64,000 nt of DNA, taken from the NCBI GenBank assembly GCA_951406725.2, contig OX597822.1, forward strand, positions 11,532,001 through 11,596,000, given 5' to 3'. Shown one piece after another: positions 26,663 to 42,165 of this stretch (the first letter of the stretch is position 1; each line of letters begins with the position of its first letter). The stretch is from Octopus vulgaris. Its lineage: Eukaryota. Below the pieces are notes generated by a model, which saw only the letters and a list, made by a program, of their open reading frames with translations, did not search any database and had not been told where the DNA came from. The position numbers and the translations under genes were made by a program.

Positions 26663-27206
26663 AAGTTAAACGATGAAATATAATCATGTTGCCGTTTATA
26701 TACACCGCTCCAGACTGGATTTGATCTAGGAATATTTACTTCTGGATTAAGACTAAATATGTTTTATATTTTATAGTTTGTCTGTTATTTCAGTCATTGC
26801 GCTGCGGGTTTTATGCTTGAGTGACCTTCGTTGTGAATTGTCTTACAATTGTCGGCAACTACCTTGGAGTTGACTGAAGGGTATCAAAGAGAGCTCCAAA
26901 CCGCTTGAGGAACTTCACTCTTTGATTTTCTGTCAAGGATGTCTACTCTAGCCTTTTCCTTTTCCAAAGCACTCACGAGCAGAGAAGGTTTGTGCTTGGA
27001 GGTTGTTTCTTTGGACCCTGACACGGGCTACTACTCCAGGTCAGAGAAGACTTGAGACCATAACGGCTAAAAACGTTGTTCCACATGACTCAAAACACCC
27101 CAACCAGGGCCCCACAACCAGTTTCAGCTTTAAATCGTATATTATAAAAGACCTCCTCCCCACCACATACTCCCTCCATCCCTCCATCCGCCCGCCCGCC
27201 CGTCTG

Positions 27207-27279
<73 letters not shown>

Positions 27280-27286
27280 TTATCTA

Positions 27287-27343
<57 letters not shown>

Positions 27344-27445
27344 TTATTCTTTTCTTCTTTTCTCCCCAAAAAGAAATGCCCTACTTTGTAATCTATCCCG
27401 TCTGTGTGCAGCCCTGTGTGGCTAATAAAGAAAAATATCTATCTA

Positions 27446-27858
27446 GGCGCAGGAGTGGCTGTGTGGTAAGTAGCTTGTTTACCAACCACATAGTTCCGGG
27501 TTCAGTCCCACTGTGTGGCACCTTGGGCAAGTGGCTTCTACTATAGCCTCGGGCCGACCAAAGCCTTGTGAGCGGATTTGGTAGACGGAAACTGAAAGAA
27601 GCCCGTCGTATATATGTATATTTATATATGTATGCGTGTATGTTTGTATGTCTGTGTTTGTCCCCACCAACATCGCTTGACAACCGATGCTGGTGTGTTT
27701 ATGTCCCTGTCACTTAGCGGTTCGGCAAAAGAGACCGATAGAATAAGTACTGGGCTTACAAAGAATAAGTCCTGTGATCGAGTTGCTCGATTAAAGGCGG
27801 TTCTCCAGCATGGCCACAGTCAAATGACTGAAACAAGTACAAGAGAAAAGAGAAAGAG
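27446..27858 (+). mobile_element. SINE family B, full-length
   Basis: Complete head, body and tail; flanked by ATCTATCT. Confidence 0.92.
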
Positions 27859-28137
<279 letters not shown>

Positions 28138-28513
28138 GCGAACTATTTATAATAGCGCGCACGCGTGTTAGTGTGTGTGCTAATAAGATTATTAAATAAT
28201 TTCCCCTTAAAAGCAACCATATTAAGCTGGTACCATCATACATTAAGTTCGACTTACTAATTGGGTTTTCATACGTTGCGGAAATGGGAAATCGCATTCA
28301 GCTCTGGAATGAAATTTCCATAATTGGTAGACAAGAACTAAGGTGCAAACTAGAAAAATTCAGCCGAGCAACGCATAGAGCGCTCGTTAATAATCCGATC
28401 GTTAAGCCGAATGATGAAATCAGTTGAATTTGCCTGGCTTGAATGAAATATGTATTTAAATACATGCATTTCAATAAGCGGTGTACGTAACAATACATAT
28501 GCTTTTGGCTTGG

Positions 28514-28980
28514 ATGAGGAATAAGTCTGAGATTAAGAAGCTCGCTTTGCTATCCCTTGGTCTTGGGTTCAGTCTCACAGAGTGGCACCTTAGGACAGTG
28601 TTTTCTGCCATAGCCCCTGGCAGCCGAAAGAATTGGGAGTGGTTTTCGTTGACGGAAACTGTGTGGAAGTCCGTTATATGAGGAATAAGTCTGAGATTAA
28701 GAAGCTCGCTTTGCTATCCCTTGGTCGTGGGTTCAGTGTCACAGAGTGGCACCTTAGGAAAGTGTTTTCTGCCATAGCCCCTGGCAGCCGAAAGAATTGG
28801 GAGTGGTTTTCGTTGACGGAAACTGTGTGGAACTCCGCCATATGTGTATGTGTTTGTATGTCTTTGTATCTGCGTTTGTGCCCCACCACCATCGCTGGTC
28901 TACCGATGCTGGTTTGTTTACGAACCAGTAACGTAACGGAGAAGCATAACTGACTGATAGAATACGTACCAGGCTTTAAA
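28514..28980 (+). mobile_element. Old SINE family B copy with a 164-bp tandem duplication of its 5' half
   Basis: ATGAGGAATAAGTCTGAGATTAAGAAGCTCG at 28514 and 28678. Confidence 0.85.
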
Positions 28981-29514
28981 GAAATTATTACTGAAAGTGA
29001 TGTGTTCGACTAAAGTACTGGAAGAGTGTGCCCCATATTTAGCCTTAATTCAGAAGCAAATATTCTTAGTTCGAATCCAGTTTGGAACGGTGTATATAAA
29101 CAGCATATATATATATATATATCTTAATTAGAGCGGTTGATTGGATCAACGGTATTGTTTCTACGCTATATAAATGGAATCCTGGTAATCGATAAAAGAC
29201 AAAAATCGATCCTTGCCCAGATTTGAATTCAAAGTGTAAAATATCATGCCTTAAAATACTATCACAGTATATTGGCACTCCGTCGGTTGCGACGACGAAG
29301 GTTGTAAGATATCGGAATCTATTGAAGGGGAAAATGGCGTCATTAGGAGATTTTGCTTCACTCTCCCTGTGCCACATCGATTTACGTAAACAAAGACGTT
29401 TTGGGAGTCTAATGGCTTGACCGTGGTAACAAATACTTTCAACGATGGAATAAAATTTTGTCGTTGTTTACTTGAGCAAACGTTCTTTCAAAAATATCTA
29501 AATCATATCTTTCA

Positions 29515-29564
<50 letters not shown>

Positions 29565-30049
29565 TCTTACCTTCTCTTGTCCAGGATCGATTGTATGCTG
29601 GGTCCATTTAATAGACTAAATCCCTAAAACTGCTGGCCTTATACCAACATAAGGGCGAATTTAATCACCCAACCGTCTGCTTTTAGTCGAGGGGGTTAGT
29701 CGTTTACATCGAATCAAGTTCTTGAAGGGCACTATATTTTAACGATTCCATTAAAAAACATGTGATTAATTTGATAAGATTTGAATTATGGGCATAGAAA
29801 ACCTGCTAAAATACCATAAGATATTTTTGTCTCGTTTCTAACGTTTCTGCCTATCTACCATTCTGTTCTCTTCCTCAATACGAAAAAAATATTTTTCTAA
29901 AAACGTCTCTTCTTCACTGAAATCGTAGAATAAGATTGAAATATGGCTGGAGTTGTCTCCCGTATTTGCTGAAATAGTCTAAATAATACTACTCCTTGAA
30001 TAATAATACAGTTCACTCACCGCCATGTAATTTCTAATTGCATTTTAAT

Positions 30050-30500
30050 GCTAACTACATTTTATGTTTTAATATTAACTTGACTAAGATTCTAAAATAC
30101 CAACACAGTCATAAAATATTACAGTATTTGGTCTGTTGTTTTAAACTGTTGACAAATGTTTCTATTATATATATTTTATTGAAAAACATGATAAATGATT
30201 GTAAACTTCTATAACCTCAGCCGGAAGGTTAGTACAATTTATTTGAATTGAACATGACAAATGACGGCAGATGTCTTTTTTAACCTCAGCCTGAAGAATG
30301 GTATTATTTAAATATTTATTTGTAACATATGCACAAAGTTTGAAATATAAACAAACTCCAGTGACTAGTGGGTTTGTTGATACGGAAATGATGAAATCGG
30401 CGCGATTTGAACTTAGACCTGTGACCAGCAAATTTATTTGGAGGTGTGCTGCATTGGAAGTGGTTGTTTTTTTCATGTCTTGTGGGTCAAAGCAAATAAA
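30050..30500 (-). pseudogene. Possible decayed hAT-like transposase fragment
   Basis: Weak resemblance only (AEVIEVYNHLSCFS). Confidence 0.3.
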
Positions 30501-31590
30501 CTAGGAAACCCTGATCAGACACCACCATAGAAACAACTTTATTTTAGTTTTTAAACGACAAGTGTTTTAACGGAGGCATGATTAAATCACCAAGCATTAG
30601 CCACGAGCACTTCCTGTATCCAGGGTGTGGCTTGCCAAGATTCTCAAATTCATTCTCTGTTGGGCGTCATGCCTAAAATCACCCAGGCTCTGTTTTCAGT
30701 CTACTTTTGATATCGTCAGTTCATATTTTTATTTTCCTGAAATTTTCGTTGCGTCTTGCAACCTTTTCAATAGTCTTGACTCTGTCCGTTATTTACACTG
30801 CGTTCTTTTTTGTTTGTTTGTGTGCATGTGTGTGGGTCAGTGTGTGTGTGTGCCTATGCATGCATGTACGTATGTATATATGTGTGTATGTTTGCATGCA
30901 TCTGTATGCATATGCGCATCTGACGCCTTGTTTGTGCATGTCTGTGTGTGTGTGTATGTGATTTGCAACTATGTGCCATGTTTGTATGTATGGATGTGCA
31001 TTTCTATATGTGTGGATCCATGTCTCTAGAAGTGTCCTTGTGTGGAGTGAAGTGTGTGTCATGTGTTTCAGTCACCATTTGCGTATGTGTGCGTGTCTGT
31101 TCTTATAACCTATGTACTATCCGTCTGTATGTTAATCTGTTTATTTATTTATTTATTTATTTTTGTATGTAAGTATTTGGATATGAAAATAAACAGATGA
31201 ACATACAGATGGATAGGTACATAGGTTATAAGAACCGACAAGTAACCGACTAAGGGATAAAATATCCGTATATACTATCGGTATCCGTTACCCGTGTTAT
31301 CACCGGGCATTGGTGTGCAGTCACAACATGCACGTAAAGTGCAGATAACAAGACGTTGAACAAGTGTTTATCAGGAACCAATGCAAATAATGCAAATAAT
31401 GAGAAAATGGAGAAAGCCACAGATTAAGTAACACATCGATTGGACCACGTTTATAGCTTATGTTTTAATACAAAGTATGACATAACAAAATAAGTGACGT
31501 AGTATATCTTACTGCCGTTTCTGATCGGTTACCAAAAGGCTGTCCATAAATAAATGCGAGAATAAAGTTCTTCATCTTCATAGGACATTC

Positions 31591-31644
<54 letters not shown>

Positions 31645-31959
31645 GACAGGCTTATATAAATTCTGTTATTCTTTTACTTCTTTCAGCCATGGAGGAGCAC
31701 GACTTTTAGTCGAGCAACTCCGGCCCACGACTTATTTTTTCTTTTCTCCTAAATTATTCACAACTCTTTTCGATATATACAACTTTTCTCTACCGATTCA
31801 TGGATCATTCATAGTTTTTAGTAGCGGTAAAGTAATGTAAATAATCCCTCACCTTCATATTTTTATTTATTATTAAAAGAAATTATATTTATTATCTTAA
31901 CCGTCTTTAAGTATCTACTTTATAAAATATCCTTCTACACGTTTAACTACATTTATCTT

Positions 31960-32208
31960 GGCGTAAAGATTGTTTGCCAACAGAACATGGGCAACCTTGG
32001 TTTTGGACGAATTTTGCTGCAAGTTAGCCCCAGGAGATATCGTCTCCAGCTGGCTATACGACACGATCTGTGTCCTTATATTTTCGAACAAGGACACAAA
32101 TCGTGTCATATAGCCAGCTGGAGACGATGTCTCCTGTGGCTAAATTGCAGTAACTTTCGTCCTAAACCATGACTGCCATGTTATGTTGGCAAAAAAATCT
32201 TTACTCCA
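31960..32208. mobile_element. Palindromic MITE-like element
   Basis: ~115-bp inverted arms (31960-32077 and 32090-32208) with a ~12-nt loop. Confidence 0.75.
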
Positions 32209-32504
32209 AAGTACTGTTGCTGAATAGTTATTTTCTGCATTTATCTTCTAAAAAGATTAGATATATTATTTACATAAAATATTTTTTATTATAAAGTTTA
32301 TAGTTTATATATTACAAACTTCTTAGAATTGCTATGAAACATTTTTTCAAACTAATGTCTACGCCGTATTGATTACTGACGGTGAAATATAAATTTTAGT
32401 CCCCAGTATTTAAAATTCCATACTCCCTTATTTGGTTAGTCTTTTTCCGTTAAATACAACCCCACCCGGTTTTTTTTACTTCTATATGGCAATTTCAAAT
32501 AAGC

Positions 32505-32882
32505 TTGTTTCAATCATTTGACTGTGGCCGTGCAGGAGCCTCGCCTTTAGTCGAGCAAATCGCCTCCAGGTTTTATTCTTTGTAAGCCTAGTACTTATTC
32601 TATCGGTCTATATTGTCGAAGCGTTAAGTTACGGGGACGTAAAGACACTAGCGTCAGTTGTCAGGCGATGTTGGGGGTGGGGGGCGTTGGGTAACACAGA
32701 CACAAAATCATACACCCACACATATACGATGGGCTTCTTTCAGTTTCCGTCTACCATATCAACTCACAAGGGTTTGGTCGACATGGGGCTATAGTAGAAG
32801 ACACTTACCCAAGGTGTCACGCAGTGGGGTTGAACCCGAAACCATGTGGTTGGTAAGCAAGCTACTTACCACACAACCACAC
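32505..32882 (-). mobile_element. SINE family B
   Basis: Family B body and head in antisense. Confidence 0.88.
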
Positions 32883-32937
32883 ATTAATTTTTTATATATA
32901 TCAACACCCAACTGAGACCTTTCAGTCTTGTTTTATA

Positions 32938-33061
32938 GGCGTAGGAGTGGCTGTGTGGTAAGTAGCTTGCTTACCAACCACATGGTTCCGGGTTTAGTCC
33001 CACTGCGTAGCATCTTGGGCAAGTGTCTTCTACTATAGCCCCGGGCCGAAAGAAGCCTGTC

Positions 33062-33134
<73 letters not shown>

Positions 33135-33341
33135 TGTGTCTGTGTTTGTCCCCCTAGCATTGCTTGACAACCGATGCTGGTGTGTTTACGTCCCAGTTAC
33201 TTAGCGGTTCAGCAAAAGAGACCGATAGAATAAGTACTGGGCTTACAAAGAATAAAGTCCCGGGGTCGATTTGCTCGACTAAAGGCGGTGCTCCAGCATG
33301 GCCGCAGTCAAATGACTGAAACAAGTAAAGAGTAAAAGAGT
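32938..33341 (+). mobile_element. SINE family B
   Basis: Family B head, internal microsatellite and tail. Confidence 0.92.
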
Positions 33342-34086
33342 ATAGACATGACTCTAAGAACAATTACACATTACGAACACCACACCTATGTAATTCTAAC
33401 ATCTTTTTATCTTTTATTTTCCTCTCCTTAATTTTTGCTATTTACGAATACATTTTGACAACCTAGATTTTTAAAATGAATTTATTGTCTTTTTGTATGA
33501 AACAATCGTATAGGTACATGAATAAAAATAATTTCAGTCCATATTAAGATCTAATCTCCTCCATTTACGAAAGAAATACGAGTGAATTTGTTGAACTTTG
33601 ATTTATAAGTTAAATCATATACTTAATATATATACACGCGCACACACACACACTCACAGATATACATATATATGACAAATTTCCACCTACCAAATCCACT
33701 CACAAATCTTTGGCAAACCGGAGGCCGTAGTAGTAGAAGAGACTTGTCAAAGGTGCCACGCATTGAGATTGAACCGAAAACCATGTGGCTGTGAAGCGAG
33801 GCCGCAAACTGTACTTTATCGGCTAATGGTTTAGAACTTAAGACTCCTTAACTAAATACCACAAGTCATTAATATTTTAAGAACCTAATCAGCAGAATTC
33901 CTGCTTATAGCGGCGAAATGTAGAGTGGAGTTAGCTGTCACGCTCTCAAGTCGATCTGGAGAAGATTAAAACAAGGTCGACAAAAGCAGGATTACAGCTC
34001 AGAAATTAATGGCCTCTAATCAAACACATTCCCTTTACTCGCACGTTCTGTTAAACCATGCTGCCTGGGAATTATATTATCTCGTA

Positions 34087-34510
34087 CTTGTATCAGTCAT
34101 TGGCCTGCGGCCATGCTGGTGCATCGCCTTGAAGTATTCAGTCGAACAAATTGACTCAGGTAATTATTTCTTTTTCTAAATCTACAACTTATTTTACCAG
34201 TCTGTTTGGCCAACCGCTATGTCACGGGATTGTAAACAAACGAACACCGGTTGTCAAGCGTAGGGAAATGAACATAAAAATATACACACGTACATACACC
34301 CACATGCACATGCACGTACACACACACACACGCACACACACATGCACATACACAAAACACACACACACTGTACTATGTGCCGTCTACGAAATTCAATTTC
34401 ATGGGTTTCTTCAGTAGCCTGAGCTATGAAAGACAGTTGCCGAAGTTCCCGCGGAGCAGAATTGAACCTGAAAGTACGTGACTGGAAGATAAGCCCTTTC
34501 ATCGCCCACC
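34087..34510 (-). mobile_element. Old SINE family B
   Basis: Diverged tail GCGGCCATGCTGGTGCATCGCC and head remnants. Confidence 0.7.
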
Positions 34511-34628
34511 CATGACCCGCTTTTATATACATACATACATGCATACATACTTACATATATACATACATACATACATACATAATACATACATACATACACA
34601 CATGCATTCATACATATATATATACATA

Positions 34629-34671
<43 letters not shown>

Positions 34672-34895
34672 CATATATATACGTATATATATATACACAT
34701 ATACACACATATATATACATATATATATATATATTTATACATGTATACGCATATATATACATTTATTTATACACACACACACACACTCACATTGTATACG
34801 ACTTGATATGTCTGCCTTGCCTTAATGTTTGTTGCCCTCCTTAACAGTTTACATATATATATATATATTTATATATGCTTGTATATATATACACA

Positions 34896-34967
<72 letters not shown>

Positions 34968-35149
34968 CACTTATGCGGATAAACAATCGAAATATATTGA
35001 ACATAACATGCTGTGTATGAAATACGAAATATGGCCACAGCCTCAGGGCTGAAACATATAAGAGAATAAAAGAAGGAAAGAATATATACATGCAAACAGA
35101 GAAGGCAAAAAATGGAAACATTCAGATGACGAATATTTGAGTAGGAATT

Positions 35150-35195
<46 letters not shown>

Positions 35196-35339
35196 AATTT
35201 AAATTTCCGGTAATTTAGCGCGCCAAAAGGAGGACATTTGAAATAGTAACCACGAGTGTAATGGCTAGAACTGTTTACAAATCTGACTTTGTGCGGACGT
35301 CCTAGTATGCAGTCCTGCAAATTATATTCATTTGGACGG

Positions 35340-35411
35340 TCGCACCGATGATCTACGTGGATTTATGTAAGTAACATTAGGTAATATGTTAATAGTGAAA
35401 CATGTATGCGA
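35340..35411 (+). ncRNA. Type I hammerhead ribozyme (CCGAUGA core variant)
   Basis: TCGCA-CCGATGA-TCTA...TAACAT taggtaat ATGTTA...TAGT-GAAA-CATG-TA|TGCGA. Perfect 5-bp stem I, palindromic stem III; lies in an insert between TA tracts. Confidence 0.65.
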
Positions 35412-35818
35412 ATAATTCATATTTTTATTGCTTTTTCTTTTGTCTTGCTCGATTACGTTTTGGTTGTTCTGCTAAATTTTTGTTGAGAACATTTCTCAAT
35501 GGTAAAACCATAGCGGATCTATTTCTAGCATAAGGCTGTCCACATAGTGGTTTCCATCTAATATATATATATATATTAATATACCCAACTTATACTGTGT
35601 ACAAATAACGGAATGTTAAATCTTTTCTACCTTGATGACCTTTTCTACGTTGAACTATCCAATGTCGATTGCTTCTATTACGGCCTGCATATTCTGTTGA
35701 ACTATATCCACAAATTTTAAATTCCTGTTGACCTTATAACACCTTACTTCCTCTCCTTTAATTTTCTATGTCATTTGTACACAATGCAAGTTAGATTTAT
35801 TAATATAAATATTTATGT

Positions 35819-36032
35819 AAGGCGGCGGTGAGCTGGCTGAAACGTTAGCACGCCGTGCGAAATGCTTAGAGGTATTCGTCTGTCTTTAGTTCTGAGTTCA
35901 AATTCCGCCGAGATCGACTTTACCTTTTATCATTTCGGGGTCGATATATTAAATACCAGATACGCACTGGAGTCGACATAATCGACTGTCCCACCCACAA
36001 AATTACGGGCCTTGTGCCTAGAGTAGAAAAGA
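35819..36032 (+). mobile_element. SINE family A (alternative tail subfamily)
   Basis: Family A head and core; tail GGCCTTGTGCCTAGAGTAGAAA. Confidence 0.88.
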
Positions 36033-36443
36033 ATATAACTACCTATATATTTATACTCAAATATTGATCTTCTGAATGCCTACGTTTTTTTTTTTTTTTG
36101 CATTCCCTCGCTTTGCATGTATACATATATACATATCTTGTATTTCATACCCAAGTTGCTATACTTAATATGTTCAATTTGTTAATCCACATAATTTCAT
36201 CCATAACTGCGCAATCTGAAAATTCTAGAGCCATTCTTTACCCTGGTAAAGACTTCGGAGTCTAAGATGGAAACATTTGAGCACTGAAAAGTGTCTTCTA
36301 CACTGAGAATCACTGGATCTCATCTGTTGACGATATATATATATATATATATAAGATCAACAGATAAGAACAGATATATATATGTATGTTTGTATATGAG
36401 TATATATATATACATATATGTTTGTATATGTATATATATATAT

Positions 36444-39430
36444 ATTTATTTTTTATTTTATTTTATTAAGTTTCAGCTCATGAGCTGTGGCCATGCTGGG
36501 GCACCGCCATTCAGTGTTGCTACATGATTTTACTTCACGAATGCTTTTTAGCAATTGACATTTGGTGCATGTGAAAGTTTGATGCAGCTGCCCTCATCTG
36601 CACCTCCTGCTGTGAAGTTGGTTCATCAGGGTCACCTGACAGGAAGACATCCAGTTTTATTTTAAAGTCATCTGCATCGGGAGGATATTGAAGAGCTGTG
36701 GACCTCTGAAGCCCAGGGTATCACAGTATCTTGTCCTACATCTTGATGGCAAATTTGGAGTCCTTGGCACTATGCAGTGGTGCCCAGTTCTAGTATTTGT
36801 GTAACTCTCGATGCCAAAGTTTGGGACAAGTCCTTCCAGGATCTTCCAGATGTATATTATGGCATATTTTCTCGCCTGCGTTCTAAGGAATAGAGTCTTA
36901 ATCTCTTAAGTCTTTCCCAATAGCTTATATGCTGTACAGAGGCTATCTTCTTCGTGTAGCTTCGTTGGATCGCCTCAGTTTCTGTGATTAATTTGACACC
37001 GGTTGGTGACCATAGCTGAGAGCAATAGTCAAAGTGGCTTAGGACAAGTGTTCCCAAAAGGACCATCATGGTTTTCTGGTCTCTTGTTCTAAAAGCTCTA
37101 AGAATCCATCCGGTCAGCCGCCTACATTCCATTGCCAATTTAGCAACATGCACAGGAAAGGTTGCATCATTACTCATGCAAATACCCAGGTCTCGCACTG
37201 ATTGTGCTTCTGGGATTGCAATCCCTCCAGGTCCAGTGTATTTATTGGGGTATTGCATTTAGTTTTGCATGCTGATAGCATTAAGCTCGAAACTTTTCAG
37301 CATTGAACTGCATGCTATTCTTTTCAGCCCACATTGTATATTTTGTCCAGCTCACATTGCAGGTGCATAGTGTCTTCAGTGTTCTGTATTACCTGGGAAA
37401 CTTTGTATCAACAGCATAACTTGTGATCGTGGCTCTCTGCGTGGCTGAGGGCATGTCTGAGAGGGCCATTATGAACAACAGTTGTCCCAAAACAGTGCCT
37501 TGCGCTCAATATTTGCGTGTTATTGCAGGAGGTCCCATTGGCTACTACCACCTGACTTCTATCCTTCAGAAAGTCATGAAGCCATTCTCCCAATTTTCCA
37601 ACTATACCAAGATCACGCAGTTTGTGACATATCATTCCGTGATCGACTTTATCAAAGGCCTTTGCAAAGTCGAGATATATCACTTCTACATTTGAGTGGT
37701 TGAGCGGTTGTTTCAGCACCCAGTCGTAGTGTTGTAGGAGCTGAGTTAAACAGCTTCTTCCTGGTCGGAAACCATGTTGGGTGTCAGGTAGTAAGTAATT
37801 TTCTTAAAGGAAGGCGATTAGTTTCCTTCTGACTATTCGTTCCATGACCTTGCTGATGTGTGAGGTCAGAGAGATAGGTCTGTAGTTCTTGGCCTCCGCT
37901 CTACTACCTCCTTTATGAATAGGGAATATTTTACCCTCTTTCAGTTTTCTTGGAAGTTTGCCAGTTGCAAGGAAGCTCTGAAAGAAGAACTGCAGTGGTC
38001 TTGCTAGGACTCTCTTACATACTTTTAGAAGGATTGCTGGGAATGCATCGGGGCCAGTAGCTGAGTTTGGGTTCATTTCATCTATAGCCTTTATTACATC
38101 GTCTTCCTTTATATTGATGTAATCAATCATCGTTGCCTCTGATTTTATATCTGCAGTGGTAAAGAAGTCAGTTGGATTGCTGACTTGAAAATGCCCTAGG
38201 GGTGGAGTGAAAATACTTTTGAATTGCTCATTTAGTATTTCACTTATCCTCATTGGATTTCCTGTGAGTGTACCATCTTTTTCAAGGAGTGGCCCTATCC
38301 TACAGTGCACCGTAGCTGTTTCTTTGGCAAACTTGTAGAAAGCTCTGGCGTTAGATTTTATGTTATCTATAACCCAGGCTTCTTTGTCTGCTCTTTCTTT
38401 TTCATGGGAGAGTTGCAGACATTTTTCAATTTCCAACAGTTTTATTTTCAGGCGGGACTTTTCACTGCTTTCAATTTGTTTATTTAGGCGATTTGAAACT
38501 TTTGTACGCCGTCTCATAAGAATTTTTCTCTCTCTGAGGATTTTGTTTTTGTGTACAGTGGCCTTTCTCTCTGGGACACATTTGTAGCTTGCATTACAGA
38601 CATGAATTGTTGAAGCCTCATGTCGATGTCTGGTGAGGAGAGACATTTAGGCCAGTTTTGTTTGAGGATCTAGTTCTCAATTTGTTTCCAGTTTGCCTTA
38701 TGGAAGTTCAAGCTGGAAAGATTCTGAGAGTTTCTTGTAGGCTGTATGCTCATGCTTTCCTTTGGCCTGTGCATGGTCAGTTCTGCCATGTTGTGATCCA
38801 AGAGTAGCGTCGGTGTCACTTTCACATTATGGATGAGATCCATATTATTTGTGAAGCAGAGATCCAGTATGTTACCTGCCCTGGTTGCTTGGAGTATTAT
38901 TTGCTCCATGTACAGAGTGTTGATGAGGTTCAGGAGGGACCTCGCTTGTCCTCGTTCGCATCGTGAAATTCCTTGGAGAGAAAGGCCCTCGGGCCATCTG
39001 ACATTGGGCAGATCGGAGTCTCCCATAAGAAGTACACTTATGTGTTGTTCTAATGTGACTAGAACTTCTTCTATTTTTGTAAGGCAGTCTTCAAACTTGC
39101 CTACAAGAAAGGGATTTTTGTCCTGTTACTGAGTGTTAGCAGTCCTCTGATGTTCAGTAGGAGCATCGACATGATGTGTGTGTTGTTGCCAGTGGTGTCC
39201 AAATTGGGTCTATTTGCTGTGGTGGTCTTGTGTATTGTGGATAGTCCCATATGTGAGTTTGAGTTTGATGGAGCCAGGTTAGCTGCTGTACAATCTTTTG
39301 TGCCATGCACAAAAAGATTCTTGTTCAGCAGCTGCCCTTTCAATAACATGTTGGTGGTTTGTAGCACGCACTACATCTGCGTACCTCCGTTTTGGGGCAG
39401 GTGGTGCGTGGTCCATTCCTTTTCCTTTGG
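36444..39430 (-). mobile_element. CR1-group LINE, decayed ORF2 (APE + RT) with an internal deletion
   Basis: LLLNIRGL, MGDSDLPNVRW, TRAGNILDL, ATGPD, NYRPISLTSHISKVMER, YLDFAKAFDKVDH, HFDYCSQLWSP, YSLERRR; 3' tail plus (TAAAA)n. Confidence 0.95.
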
Positions 39431-39456
39431 TAGTTGGTTATATATATATATATATT

Positions 39457-39759
39457 TAAACAACTTATAATTAAGGAGCAAAAGATAAAATTCTAATGTT
39501 AGAATATGCCAAAAAATAGACTTAATCGGCAATAACCATAATTTATCACTATAAGCACATTGCGTCTCTTCGAGATGCGTGCTTATAGTGACAAATTATA
39601 TAGTTATTAACGATTAAGTCTATTTTTGGCATATTTGGCATTAGAATTTTTCTTTTTTGCCCTTGTTTGGTGTTGTTTATAAATTTAACCTTAAAGGTAC
39701 TTTATAATATGCTGGCCATTGATAGAATTTTTTTTTCGAAAAAATTTTATCCTATAGTA

Positions 39760-39760
<1 letters not shown>
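39457..39760. mobile_element. Fold-back cassette inserted in (TA)n
   Basis: ~110-bp inverted arms centred near 39569; homologous to 16360-16543 and 44945-45130. Confidence 0.8.
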
Positions 39761-39800
<40 letters not shown>

Positions 39801-40006
39801 GAGGGTGAAAAATTGATATTAATTTAATAATACCATTAATTTAACACCGAGTGAAAACCTTAGCACAAAAAACTACGGAGAAAATACAAATTTATACATA
39901 AATTATTAGAGAGTTAACCACTATGTGATAACTCTAGTGCTAAAAATAGCCCCGATAGTATAGCCACAGAAAAGGATATTATTTTCCAATTAGAAATAAT
40001 ATACAT

Positions 40007-40690
<684 letters not shown>

Positions 40691-41739
40691 CCCTCAGCTA
40701 CGCAGAGAGCCATGATCACAAGTTATGCAGATGATACAAAGAAAAGTTTCACAGGCAATACAGAACCCTGAGGACACTAAACACCTGCAATGTGAGCTGG
40801 ACGAAATATACAAGTGGGTTAGAAAAAGAATAGCATGCAGTTCAATGCTGGAAAGTTTCAAGCTTTATACTATCAGCATGCAAAACTGAATGCACATGCA
40901 ATGAATACACTGGACCCGGAGGGATTGCAAATCCCAGAGGCACAATCAGTGCGTGACCTGGGTATTCACATGAGTGATGACGCGACCTTTCATGTACATG
41001 TTGCTAAACTGACAATGAAATGTAGACGGCTGGCTGGATGGATTCTTAGAACCTTTAGAACAAGAGAACAAGAACCATGATGGTCCTCTGGAAGACACTT
41101 GTCCTAAGCCACTTTGACTATTGCTCTCAGCTATGGTCACCACCATCCAGTGTCAAGTTAATCACAGAATCTCTTGAGGCGATCCAACGAAGCTACACAA
41201 AGAAGATAGCCTCTATGCAGAATGTAAGCTACTGGGAAAGACTCAAGAGATTAAAATTATATTCCCTGGAGCGTAGGCGGGAAAGATATGCCATAATATA
41301 CATCTGGAAGATCCTGGAGGGAAATGTCCTGAACTTTGGCATCGAGAGTTACGCAAATGCCAGAACTGGCTGCTACTGCGTGGTGCCTAGGACTCCAAAC
41401 CTGCCATCAAGATGTAGGACAAGATACTGTGATAGCCTGGGCTTCCGAGGCCCACAGCTCTTCAATATCCTCGAAGAACCTGAGAGACCTGCATGGGGTG
41501 GATACAGATGTCTTTAAAATGAAGCTGGATCTCTTCCTGTCAGGTGTCCCAGATGAACCAACTTCACGGCAGGAGGGGCAGATGAGGGCAGCTGCATCAA
41601 ACTCTCTCACATGCACCAAATAGCAGTTGCTAGAAAGCCTCCATGAAGTGAAACCAAGTAGCAACACCAAATGGCGGTGCCCCAGCATGGCCACAGCTCA
41701 TAAGCTGGAACTAGAATCAATCAATCAATCAATCAATCA
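40691..41739 (+). mobile_element. 5'-truncated copy of the same CR1-group LINE
   Basis: ITSYADDTK...QFNAGKF...LSHFDYCSQLWSP...YSLERRRERY; 3' tail then (AATC)n. Confidence 0.95.
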
Positions 41740-42165
41740 TATGTATATGTATATATGTATATGTATATATATATATGTATATATATATATGTGTATATAT
41801 ATATGTATATATATATATGTATATATATATATGTGTATATATATATGTGTATATATATATTTTATATATATATATTTTTATATACATACATACATACATA
41901 CATACATAACTATATATGTATAGCTAATATTGATGGATCGTCAATCGGCCGAAACTATTGCCTAAGCACGAACTACCTGTTGGCACAGCAGGTGAGCAAT
42001 ATTTTTTAAATTAATGAAGATCTCCAAGTATTCTTACAGCAGAGTCGAAGTTCATTGTAAATCCGTGGTATGGCTCCAGACAAACTGGTTTTTACGCAGA
42101 GTGATATATATAAGTCAAGTTTTAGATAATGGCCATTACACATTTTCCATTTATGAGAGCAAGTT

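Noticed and set aside
28514-28840. CRISPR-like or array structure in local duplications (also 19910-20215 and 43724-43843)
   Set aside because: These are simple two-copy tandem duplications without repeat-spacer periodicity, in eukaryotic DNA.
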